Shown piece after piece: positions 1-10,706 of a DNA stretch of 64,000 bases. Where the stretch lies: assembly GCA_002269645.1 (NCBI GenBank), contig NIVC01001580.1, positions 62,001-126,000 on the forward strand, given 5' to 3'. The translations under genes and the position numbers were made by a program. The notes beneath the pieces are model-generated. The model was not told the DNA's origin, did no database searches, and saw only the letters and a list, made by a program, of their open reading frames with translations. Within the stretch, counting starts at the first letter, position 1. Every line of letters starts with the position of its first letter. This DNA is from Macrostomum lignano (lineage: Eukaryota).

Positions 1-789
1 CATGCCAGCGTCGATGCATACATTAACGCCGCAGACCTGCACTGCAAGCTCAAGACCGGCCGCGGCCTTCCTCGCGACCCCCGCATCGACCTGCTCCTCC
101 GCGGTGTCCAGCGCAAACTCGCCAAGCCACCGGCGCGCAAGGCGCCCATCACTCCGGGTGACCTCCTCAAACCGCGAGGAACCCTGCGCCTGCAGCAGCC
201 TCAAGATGCAGCCTTCTGGGCGGCGGTCCTGGTCGGATTCTGGGGCCTCCTGCGCCGCGCCAATCTGTGCTGCTCGAAACCGTTCCCACCAGCCGGCGAG
301 GCGGTCACCTGCGGCGACCTGCAAGTATCACCGGATCTGGCCATCCTGCACATTCGGCGTTCCAAGACGAACCAGTTCCGCCAGCGAGTGCACCGCGTTG
401 TCCTGCCGCGCCTCCGGCACGCGGTGCAGCACCCGCTCTGCCCGGTGGCAGCGCTGCTTCACCACCTGCGCATCAACCAGCCCGACCGCGCCGCTGCTGC
501 CCACCTCTTCGCCTACCGAAGCAGCGGCGGCCTGACGCCTCTGACCGGCACCCGGTTCTGTCGCCTGTTTCAGCACGTCGTCCACCGTGCCGGCCTGGCA
601 GACCGGTCTCTGTCCCCTCACAGCCTTCGACGCGGCGGCGCCTCGCTGGCGTTCCGCGCCGGTGTGCCGCTGCCGGTCGTCAAGGCACTGGGCGACTGGC
701 GGAGCTCGGCAGTTGAGGTGTACCTGGGGCTGGAGAAGGGCTTCGATCTCCAGCTGGCGGCTGTTCGCAAACTGTCAAACTGCCTATAA
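1..789 (+). mobile_element. Tyrosine recombinase ORF of a DIRS-order (Ngaro/DIRS-like) retrotransposon, 5' end outside window
   Basis: Frame 1 is open from base 1 to TAA at 787-789 and carries the YR catalytic set: LLRRAN (R), RSKTNQ (K), LCPVAAL, HSLRRGG (HxxR), GDWRS (W), VEVY (Y). A T-rich tail follows. Terminal repeats could not be resolved. Confidence 0.9.
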
Positions 790-1772
790 GTTTTTCGTTT
801 GCCTGCTCTGGGTTGAAGCTGGTGTGCTGTCTGCTTTCTTTTTCCTCTGGCTTGGACTCAAATGCTCTGATTTTTTTTTCTTCTCAACTTCTTGCACTTT
901 TTCTTATTTCGTATTTTATTTTTTTGCAATGATGACTGTTGTTTTATCGATTAAGTGCTGTTTTAATGACTGTTAATTTTATTTTGCTTGCAAGCGTGTC
1001 CCAGCATCCTGCGTGCCCCCCGTTTTTCTTTCACTATTTTCCCATCATTTTTCGGATTTTGGACCGTCGTATCCACTCGCACTGTACTCAATTCTCGCAA
1101 ACACTCGCGTCCGTCTTCCCTTCCCTTGGGGTGTGGTGTTTACCAGAATTATGAGCACTTAAATCTTAGGTGCAATGCTAACAAGTGAGCCTTCTAATAG
1201 TTTAACAAAATGGGTGTTGCGTCCAGATTACTTCTAGCGGTCCTTGTGCTGCCTACGCACTTTACCCGACTCACTATTGTAAGCTGGAGAAAATAGCTAA
1301 CGCATTTGAAAGAATTTCATCTCGTCGCTTCTTGGGCATCACAGCATCATGCCAAGGTGAAGCGCGCGACCATCTCTTTTTTCTTCTGTCTCCACTCCAT
1401 CTCTCTCCACTCCAGCCCAAAAATAAACTGTACACCTATTCCAAGCTCAAACAGAATTAGTGCACTTACTTTGGCGCTCTCATTGCGGTATTAAATATGC
1501 TAAGAAGCCGGGATATTCCACACAGGATGCCGCGAATTTACGAGTTCGGAAATCCAAGATATCCGGCCTGAACAAAACCGGGAAACCTAACGTTTTTGTG
1601 AGTGGCAAAGATTTCGCTTTCGTCCCTCTTGCATATCCCTGAATTAAAACTGCATTATTGAATATATATACAGGTGAATTCACAGCAGTGTGTGTGCAAT
1701 AAGCAGTGGCTACCGCACTGCTCAAGAAGCATTCTATCTGGAAAATACAATACTCTAAAATTGCTGCCCAAC

Positions 1773-3000
1773 ATGAGCAATTATAACAAGCTCGCCATCG
1801 GACTGGTTGTTCTCGCCCTGAGCCTGATTGCAGCCGCTGACTGGGCAGGTGAGAGCTAATAAGAAGGTCCCGCATTTCCAAGAGTATTATCTTCTTTGAA
1901 CCTGGTACCTCACAGATAGCTTTGTGCAAGCCTCTGATACCGCTTTGAACCGATTTCAGACCAGCCAGCTTCAGACAAGCCAGCTTCAGACAAGCCAGCT
2001 TCAGACAAGCCAGCTTATCTGAAAAACTACCATCCAGTTTTCGGCTGGGACTGCATCGAGTCCAAGTACGTTTCAAGATTCGTTTTCATAAAATCGCGCA
2101 AGAGATGCGCAGCAGTCTGCAATTTATTCAAGACCTGCCAAGCCTTCACAACGATGGGTGGACACTGCAGACTGTTTTTGTTTGACAAGTGCAGCAAGAA
2201 CGTGCGCAAGTGCAGCTGCAATCGCGCTGCCAAGCTGTACGTGAGGCGACAGCCGGGCTTGCGACCGGGCGCCTTGTGTCCGGCCGACTTTCATCACGAC
2301 AGGTGCGTGCGTTTTTGCTTCGCTTAGCGCCCTGGGGTGTCTTTTGGGTTTCCTGTGTGCCAGCAAGCGAGTAGGAAGTGTTGCCGCTTTGCTGACCCAT
2401 TGGCCGCCCTCGGTGCTTTGTCACTCTGTGCTTTCGGGTTGGTCCTCATAAACTCGAATTCCATGAATAGCCCCAGGCTGATTTTAACGAATCAAGAATC
2501 GAACGCAGTGTCCTTGTTACGAGAGTCAAAGGCGATAACGCTTCTCTACGCAACCCGTCGCCAGGTGTGGCGTGAAGTACAAGTTCGTTCGGCCGCGCTC
2601 GCGTCGCTGGGACTCGGCCTTGGCCAGCTGCAACGCGGAGCGGGGACTCACCATCATGGCCGAGCCGATCGACAGGGCCAAGTACTTTTACTTGAGGGAG
2701 CTGCATGCCAGATGGTTCAGACGGCCACGTGATTCCTGGAGCTTCTTCCTCGGAGGCCGTCAAGATCCCGGAAGCAAGGAACCGGCAGGCGGCTGGTTTT
2801 GGCACACCTGCCGGATCCCCATCGATCCCAGTCTGTGGCAGAAAGAACAGCCTGACAACGGTGGGAAATCTGAGAATTATGCGTGCACATGGAAAGGCAT
2901 GTCATTGATGAACGACTGTCCGATATTTCTACGGAGTATCGGCCATGACTACGTAGATGGCACGTTTTGTGAATGCGTGTCACCATTTGACATAGAATAG
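1773..3000 (+). CDS. Secreted protein: signal peptide + PAN/Apple-like domain + C-type lectin domain (258 aa)
   Basis: Exons 1773-1848, 2038-2302, 2565-3000 (777 nt, phases 1 and 2 compatible, GT-AG). Exon 1 MSNYNKLAIGLVVLALSLIAAADWA is a signal peptide. Exon 2 has CAAVCNLFKTCQAF...HCRLF (PAN-like Cys pattern). Exon 3 has WDSALASC, FFLGG, GGWFW, WQKEQPDN, ENYAC, MNDCP, FCEC (CTLD). Confidence 0.85.
1958..2017. repeat. 15-bp tandem repeat (CAGACAAGCCAGCTT, ~4 copies) in lectin intron 1
   Basis: Direct reading of repeat units. Confidence 0.9.
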
Positions 3001-3532
3001 TGATTCTCACCTCGAAGGCTCTATTCCTGCTGTAGTTTACTAAACTGAACTGTTTGTCACTTAAGCTCAACATCGGGCTAAATTGAGAAGATATTAGTAG
3101 TTTACTGTTGAAACTTTTATTCCAAATATTTATTGAAGAAATTCTCTGAATTTCGATATTCCAGACGCTAGCGATTAGAGCGCAACTCAAATCTAATTAC
3201 TCGTAATATGCAAAGTGTGCCTGGTGAAAATGTTCAATCTGCTGCTAAATCTGCTGTATTTTCAAATGTAGACTCGATTACTAAAGAAATAAAGTTCTGT
3301 CCTGAATCAACTTTTTTCGATGCCCAGCTATAATGGGTCCAAATACGAACAAGTTTACATAAATAAATTCTATATTCTAAAATTTGTGAAACAGGTCACC
3401 GACAGTGACTTACGAGCGTATTGCCCAGTTTTAACTGAAAAACGGCAGTATTTTCTTTATGTTTTCAAAAATTCTCATCATCTTGGGTGGACTTGTTGAG
3501 TTCTACAGCTGCAAGGCAATGGCTTTACAATC

Positions 3533-6500
3533 TCATGGTGTTGCAGAGTAGGTTGTTTCATCTGAATGCTGAATATTTATCAAATGGCAGGCATACTATG
3601 TATTGTTTCTAAAATATATTTAACATCTCATATCTAAGACAACCGAGTGGAAAATAAAACTAGCTCTAGAAAAAACGAGCTTTAATCATCAAGCTGAGCA
3701 ACGGGTTTTTACCTCTGCGATGACTGACCGCCCGCTGGCTTCCCCCGGCAACGGAAGCATCGGATCCAAATGCAGCCGTGGAGCTCTGCCGTGGAGCTCG
3801 TTCGCGCTGATTTCGCAGATCTGTGATCTCAATCTCGCGACCAACCTGACGCTCCTGCTGCTTTAATGTTGCCGGATTGTGAATTGGCTGTCAATTTAAA
3901 CAAAAAAGTTTCTTTATGTTTCTTAGAAAATAAGTCAACCTTCTTAAATATAAACTTGCAATTGTAGTTTTAATTCACTACTACTACACCCGCCATGCTA
4001 TTCAATAATCTTCTGACACTGACATGCTTACATTGCCTTTACACACATCGTCACATCCCAAATAGTGCTGCCAAGATGGTGCTGCCCATTGGACAATTTT
4101 ACACCTGAGCATATGGGCTGTCATTTAGCAATAACCACACTTTAGATAATTGGTTTTAGGCATCGTAGAAGATGACGCAGTAACAAAATTCGTCTCAGTC
4201 GATAAAAATACACGTGTCATAAAGTTCATCAATTCGAAAGTACATGTATAAAACAAATTTTAATGCATTTTCGGACACCTACGAAGTTTTAAAATCAGCC
4301 TAGCAGACTCGATCATGTTTCACGGCTTGCACTACATGGGGAATATATAATGTCTGTCGATATTTTTCAAGCGATGTAACACAGGTAGCTATTGACAAGT
4401 CACATTGATAATGAATATCGCTGCATGCACCTGGAGCACACCGAAACTCACGCAGTTAAATGGCCAAGAAGGCGACGGTGGTACCTGCGACGGGGTTTGA
4501 GTAAATTTGTTTTAATAAAGTAGCCAGCTGCGTAGTTGGCCAGTAATAAATATTATTCTAAACTGGAAAAAATGGCTGCCTTTGTTCATGCAAGTATTTG
4601 CTATGGCTTTTAAGAAAAATAAAATAATAGGTCTTGGATTTTTGCTTACTTTTGTATTAGTGAGGATAAAAATGCTTTAACATAATCTTGAAAAGACATA
4701 AATAAATGCGCAGTTTAGTATAGTCACTCAAAAACTATGCGAAGTCTGGTTAGTGATCTCATTTTCAAACAATTTTTAAATGATAAAATATTTAAAACCA
4801 ATGACATCTAAGAAACAATGGGACAGCTAAGAAACAATGGGACATCTAAGAAACAATGGGACATCTAAGAAACAATGGGACAGCTAAGAAACAATGGGAC
4901 ATCTAAGAAACAATGGGACAGCTAAGAAACAATGCGACATCTAAGAAACTATGGGACATCTAAGAAACTATGGGACATCTAAGAAACTATGGTACATCTA
5001 AGAAACTATGGGACATATAAGAAACTATGGTACATCTAAGAAACTATGGGACATCTAAGAAACTATGGGACATCTAAGAAACTATGGGACATCTAAGAAA
5101 CGATGTGACATTTAAGAAACCATCTGATATCTAAGAAACTATTTGACATCTAAGAAACCATCTGACATCTAAGAAACCAACTGACATCTAAGAGACCAAC
5201 TGACATCTAAGAGACCAACTGACATCTAAGAGACCAACTGACATCTAAGAGACCAACTGACATCTAAGAGACCAACTGACATCTAAGAGACCAACTGACA
5301 TCTAAGAGACCAACTGACATCTAAGAGACCAACTGACATCTAAGAGACCAACTGACATCTAAGAGACCAACTGACATCTAAGAGACCAACTGACATCTAA
5401 GAGACCAACTGACATCTAAGAGACCAACTGACATCTAAGAGACCAACTGACATCTAAGAGACCAACTGACATCTAAGAGACCAACTGACATCTAAGAGAC
5501 CAACTGACATCTAAGAGACCAACTGACATCTAAGAGACCAACTGACATCTAAGAGACCAACTGACATCTAAGAGACCAACTGACATCTAAGAGACCAACT
5601 GACATCTAAGAGACCAACTGACATCTAAGAGACCAACTGACATCTAAGAGACCAACTGACATCTAAGAGACCAACTGACATCTAAGAGACCAACTGACAT
5701 CTAAGAGACCAACTGACATCTAAGAGACCAACTGACATCTAAGAGACCAACTGACATCTAAGAGACCAACTGACATCTAAGAGACCAACTGACATCTAAG
5801 AGACCAACTGACATCTAAGAGACCAACTGACATCTAAGAGACCAACTGACATCTAAGAGACCAACTGACATCTAAGAGACCAACTGACATCTAAGAAACG
5901 ATGTGACATCTAAGAAACGATGTGAAATCTAAGAAACAATTTGAAATCTAAGAGACCATCTGACATCTAGAGCTTCATAAAGAGCTATAACTATGACCTT
6001 ACCCGGCCGACCATTTTCTGTTCTGGAGCTTTGAGCTCATCGCCTCCGAAATCGGATCGATATCTTGAATGCCGCTGATTCGTGGTGTGGTCTGTCGAAA
6101 TTTGCTGACCAGCGAACCCTGCATGTAGTTGGAAGGTTCGACTTTTTCATGAAATCTATCACACTACTTAATCAGATGCATTCCGTAAGTACGATTACTT
6201 ACAGTGATCATAATTTCCTGCGGTACCTTGATTCTGTTCGGTGAATCCAGGTTTCTCAATTTGATAATTGCTGGTGACAGCCGTTTCGACTGCACTACGA
6301 CGTGAACGATGATGGTTGTTGGGCCGATCTGAAAATGTTAATGTTAAATTTGGTCAAGCATCCCACAAAAGTATTGCTTCAAATTTTAAAAAAATATTTA
6401 GAAGATGGAAAGCATTGACATCTTTAAATATTGTATCAAATGTTTAATGAAGCCTGTGTTACAAGAACATACGAGCTAATTGTATGTCACAAAGTTTTTT

Positions 6501-7733
6501 AATATCTTATATCCGGTATCCAGAACTATACAGAATACAGAACTAGACAGAACTATTAATCTTGATTTGTTGTTATAGTAAACGCAAGCAGTTCTAACAA
6601 CTGACTCACTCGTTACAAAGTCTTTCCTGCGCATTGAAACGCCATCCCTCAGTTCCCTGTCTTTAACAATCGCATCTTGCCGAATCTTCCAATCGACGTT
6701 TCCGTGCTTTTTCGATTGCTGAAACGTTTCAGGATGCCGTTTAGACTTCGTCTGAGGCTCCCCATCCACATCTGCATCGTTCAGAAGACGATTCAAAAGT
6801 CGCTCCAGATCTTGCAGCGGGTCGCCAAAGTCCTGCTGCCTGCTGACACCGCCTGCGGCTAGGTGGGAGACCCTACTGGCTGCTGTGGGGCGACTCTGGT
6901 GGCTCCACTGGCTATTCGTCGAATGCTGCTGCCTGCCAAAGCTGCCGGAAGTTCCGCCGCTTGCTGGAATGGAGTCAGGGCAATGAAAATCTGCTTTTGA
7001 AATCTTTTAAGACGGTAAAATCTTAAAATGCGATCCCACTCCCACGATAGCTTGTAGCACTGATTACATGCAAGTGCTATTTAGAAAACTAGCAATCACT
7101 GACGGCACCAACAAAATCCATCTTGGGCATCGCTACTGATTCAAAATGCGCAGATTAATCTTGAAAAATGAATGCTAAATAAATTCTGCACAGTGCAGAC
7201 AAGTTAAACTATTTTAGGTCGTATATGAAGTCAATAGATCCTAATAGCTTCAAAAGATTCCAGAGATTCAGAAGATGATTCATCCGATTTCAAAATATTC
7301 AGAAGATTCCAAGGGGTTCAGAAGATTATAAATGCTTCAGCAGATTTAAAATGATTCAGCAGATTCCAAATGATTCAGCAGATTCCAAATGATTCAGCAG
7401 ATTCCAAATGATTCAGGAGATTCCAAATGATTCAGGAGATTCCAAATGATTCAGCAGATTCCAAATGATTCAGCAGATTCCAAATGATTCAGCAGATTCC
7501 AAATGATTCAGGAGATTCCAAATGATTCAGGAGATTCCAAATGATTCAGCAGATTCCAAATGATTCAGCAGATTACAAATGATTCAGGAGATTCCAAATG
7601 ATTCAGCAGATTCCAAATGATTCAGCAGATTACAAATGAGACTGCACATGGTTCCAACCAAGCAAGCCAGCATGCGCCAAGCAATTTACTTCTCACCGTG
7701 AAACGCCGAACTGAAAAGTCGTTTGTCTTCCAT
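3533..7733 (-). CDS. Candidate six-exon gene for a hydrophilic, low-complexity protein of unknown function (~287 aa)
   Basis: Exons 7733-7697, 6990-6610, 6328-6203, 6118-6003, 3887-3713, 3561-3533 join in frame (864 nt) with GT-AG sites (donors GTGAGA, GTGAGT, GTAAGT, GTAAGG, GTAAAA). The two minisatellites fall inside predicted introns. No recognisable domain; last exon least certain. Confidence 0.45.
4803..5968. repeat. 19-bp minisatellite (GACATCTAAGAGACCAACT core, variant flanks)
   Basis: About 37 near-perfect core copies at ~5187-5890, with GACATCTAAGAAAC(A/T)ATGG-type variants on the left and mixed variants on the right. Confidence 0.97.
7328..7638. repeat. 19-bp minisatellite (GATTCCAAATGATTCAGCA, ~16 copies)
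   Basis: Direct reading; CAGCA/CAGGA variants alternate in blocks. Confidence 0.95.
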
Positions 7734-9479
7734 TCGGAAACCGAAATGTTAGCTAATAGAAAAATATCTTACAAAGAAAAGTGATTCTTGCCAATCACTA
7801 AAAGAAATGTGAAAACGTTAAAGTGAAGCGCTACAGCGAATGAGCAAAAGGCGTTAATATCGAAAGTGAAAATATCGGTTAACGATAACAAAGATCCTAA
7901 GAAAAAGAATTCAGTTAAACTACTTCTTTTTCTCCGTCTATACTTTTGCGGGCACCGATCTGATCCCCTAGTTTTCTTACTGAGACTGTGGATAGTGAAG
8001 AATCAATGTCGATAGAAAAGACAAGAGATAAAAACAAATACAGAGAGAAAGGCAGAAACTAAAAAAGAAAGGCCAAGATGGAGGGTGGCACACGTGTAGC
8101 AGAAAAATTTGCCCGGCTTGTTTAAATAACGGCGTCCTTAGCCTAACCGAGAGAAAAGAAAGTATGGGGGCTGAACAAGAGAAAAGCGGCACTGAAGACG
8201 CAGCGGTCTAGATTGCATTTGCCAAGCGGATAAGCTTGGGCGCAATGGAAAGGGAGGATGTTCGGAACTCGTAGCGAAATATGATTTGCGCAAAACGCCC
8301 AGGAGAAAAAAAGGAGAGCGAGGGAGGTTGGGCGTTCCAGATCGCCCTAGCCAGGCTGCCAACTATACCAAAAAACTGTTCAATTGCCGCCGACCGGAAC
8401 CTCCCTCCATCCACTGACTGACCCTCTCTCGTATCTCCCCCACCCCTGCCGACACTTATAACCGTCTCCCCTGTCCTACACGCGAGTTCCATTCGCCTCC
8501 AGAAGGCCGCATAGCCAAGGGTGAGCGACCGAAATTTGCCCGCCTGGGATCAATAATAGCAGGCGGAATGCAGGGCGGCACCGGGTGGAGTGCAATATCT
8601 GCTGCCCGGCATGATTGCGGTGTGATAATCTTCTAACGTGTCCTCCTTGCAAATCCCGTCATTCTATAGCCTCGATAGCTTAATGTCCTCCACTGCTGCC
8701 TTCTCCGTTCAATGCGCAAATCTTCTTCCAACCGTTTTTACTGCCGAACTAATGAGCGCTTAAACTTTTTTCTGATTTCCTAACGACCGCTCCACCCACG
8801 CTAGATAGGGGAGTTCGCTCCAATCTCCTATAATCCCCAGCCTCCTACTGAGATGAAGTTGTCTGCCTGAACCCCGACCTGGCATATCAAGGACGGATCT
8901 CTGGCTAGAAAGGATGAATCATCGAACTGCTTCACTTCAGATTTCGAAGTCTGTATCAGCCATGGTAAAAGTATAACCCAGTCAGCCATGGTTTCCCGAT
9001 CTACATCCGTTTTTGGCAATGGCTTTTTAGCCTTGGTGTTCCTTTCTGCTTCCCCAGTTTTTCAGTTTTGCAATATCAAGCCACGCATTCAATGGGCCAA
9101 GTGCACTCCTAATTTATTGTCAATTTACTGCCTTCTCGATATCTGCTTTCCATCTCTATCCGCCTACTGCCTCTGTGCGTGGGGGAGGTTTTTGGCATTT
9201 GCGCAGAAATTATTCAAACAAATCGTAACCATCAAGCAGCCAAATAAACATTTTGTGGCAACAGGAGTGGCTTCCAGCTTCAAGCCCCAGTAACTATATG
9301 AATCACTGGATTTACAATTTTAACATGCATAGATTGAGTCTTTGCAATGACACATTGTTAACATACGCCAAGTTATAAAAAAAAATCACTCAAGATGTTG
9401 CCACACGAGCCAAAGTTAGTGGAGCAGCCAGAAGAGATAAAAAATACTAATCGGGGAAGGGAGAGAGAACAATAGCGTA

Positions 9480-9735
9480 TCCAAGTGGACTAGTGCGGTG
9501 CTCTCATGGTTATATTTAGTTTTGAGCTAATTGGAATCTCGGCTTGGCTTTGGTCGTGAAAATAACGTCCTTGACAGGCAACTCAGAAAGCACAGTGAAG
9601 TCTACATGCCTGACGATAAAAAGTTAGGGCCGCTGTACACTCCTGTGTGACTGTTTGCCTGCTCAGGGGAGTAGGCAGAATGGGCCAGTGTGACAATGTC
9701 ACTTATGTGCGCCGGGGTGCGCACAGCTAACTGCC
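9480..9735 (+). mobile_element. Degenerate copy of SINE family B
   Basis: Shares blocks TCTCGGCTTGGCT, GCACAGTGAAGT, GCTGTACACTCCTGTGTGA and GCTCAGGGGAGT with 16714-17055 and with the reverse complement of 26578-26930. Confidence 0.7.
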
Positions 9736-10706
9736 TCTATAAATCAAAAAGAGAAAACAGACGACAGCAAAGCCCAGCCAATCAGAGCAATCAGCCAATC
9801 AGAAGGATGGTCACAGACAAAGGGGGAAGAGAGTTGAGGAGGTGCTAGGTCGCAATCAAGGGGTACAAGAGAGAGAGAGAGAGGAGAGAGAGGGGCGCCA
9901 CAACCCAGCCAATCGACTAGCGACCATCCAGAACCTAGAGGCCAAAGGTCAAAACAAGCGCGCAAGCACCCCACGTCAACTAGAAGAGCGTAGGCGTCAC
10001 AATGCGCGAATCATGACTCAAACGAGAATAGTTGGTCAAATTTTGAGATGTTTTTAAAGTTTTTTTCAAAAAAAATATTACGAGAATGTACTACCTTTGG
10101 CTTAGAAGTTTAGATACAGCTGTGTGTAAATTATTTAGATGCAAACTAGGATATCTACAGGTTCCGCTTGTACGCTCGTAGTATGAGAATATAATCAAAA
10201 CGACTACTGAAAATGATGGTGATACAGAAAAAATGGGTTTCTGTAGCTTATCTACATGTATATGTGCCGATTGCTCATGGTTGTCTAGTGGTGACCTAAT
10301 CAGCATATTTGTCGCTAAGTCCGCATTTGAGCCTCTTATACTCAGCAATATTGAAAAGTCGTCACTTGATGCGCGAGTGAGCAATTTCTCTTGGACTATT
10401 TTGAAACTGATTGGGGTAGCTTTAATCCGTTCAACCCTCGCACACCGCTCCTCCCACTTCATTCCTCAACTCAAGTCTGCCGCGGCTGAGTTGCGTCACA
10501 CGCAAGATTGAGAGACTTCATCTGCACTCTCTCAAAATTGGCGACGACAGACGGAATCTTCTGTGATGGCGAATTTTCGATGTTGCTGTGGGTATACTTT
10601 TGCTAGATGTTCTTTCTGCAAACATAAAATAAGAATAAAAACCGCTGAACAATTATATAATAGATTGAATCAGAAGTGCATTTATTGCCAAGATGTCAAT
10701 AGGCAT

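Noticed and set aside
2-716. Alternative-frame ORFs 2-535, 267-716 and 328-621
   Set aside because: Shadows of the GC-rich recombinase frame; no motifs.
790-1330. Possible terminal repeat / internal complementary region of the DIRS-type element
   Set aside because: No duplicated or complementary segment could be identified inside the window.
7950-9300. Moderately GC-rich stretch with short ORFs that might be a decayed TE
   Set aside because: No recognisable motif in any frame; many stops.
10091-10511. ORFs 10091-10462 (-) and 10233-10511 (+)
   Set aside because: No domain and no compatible splice partners found.
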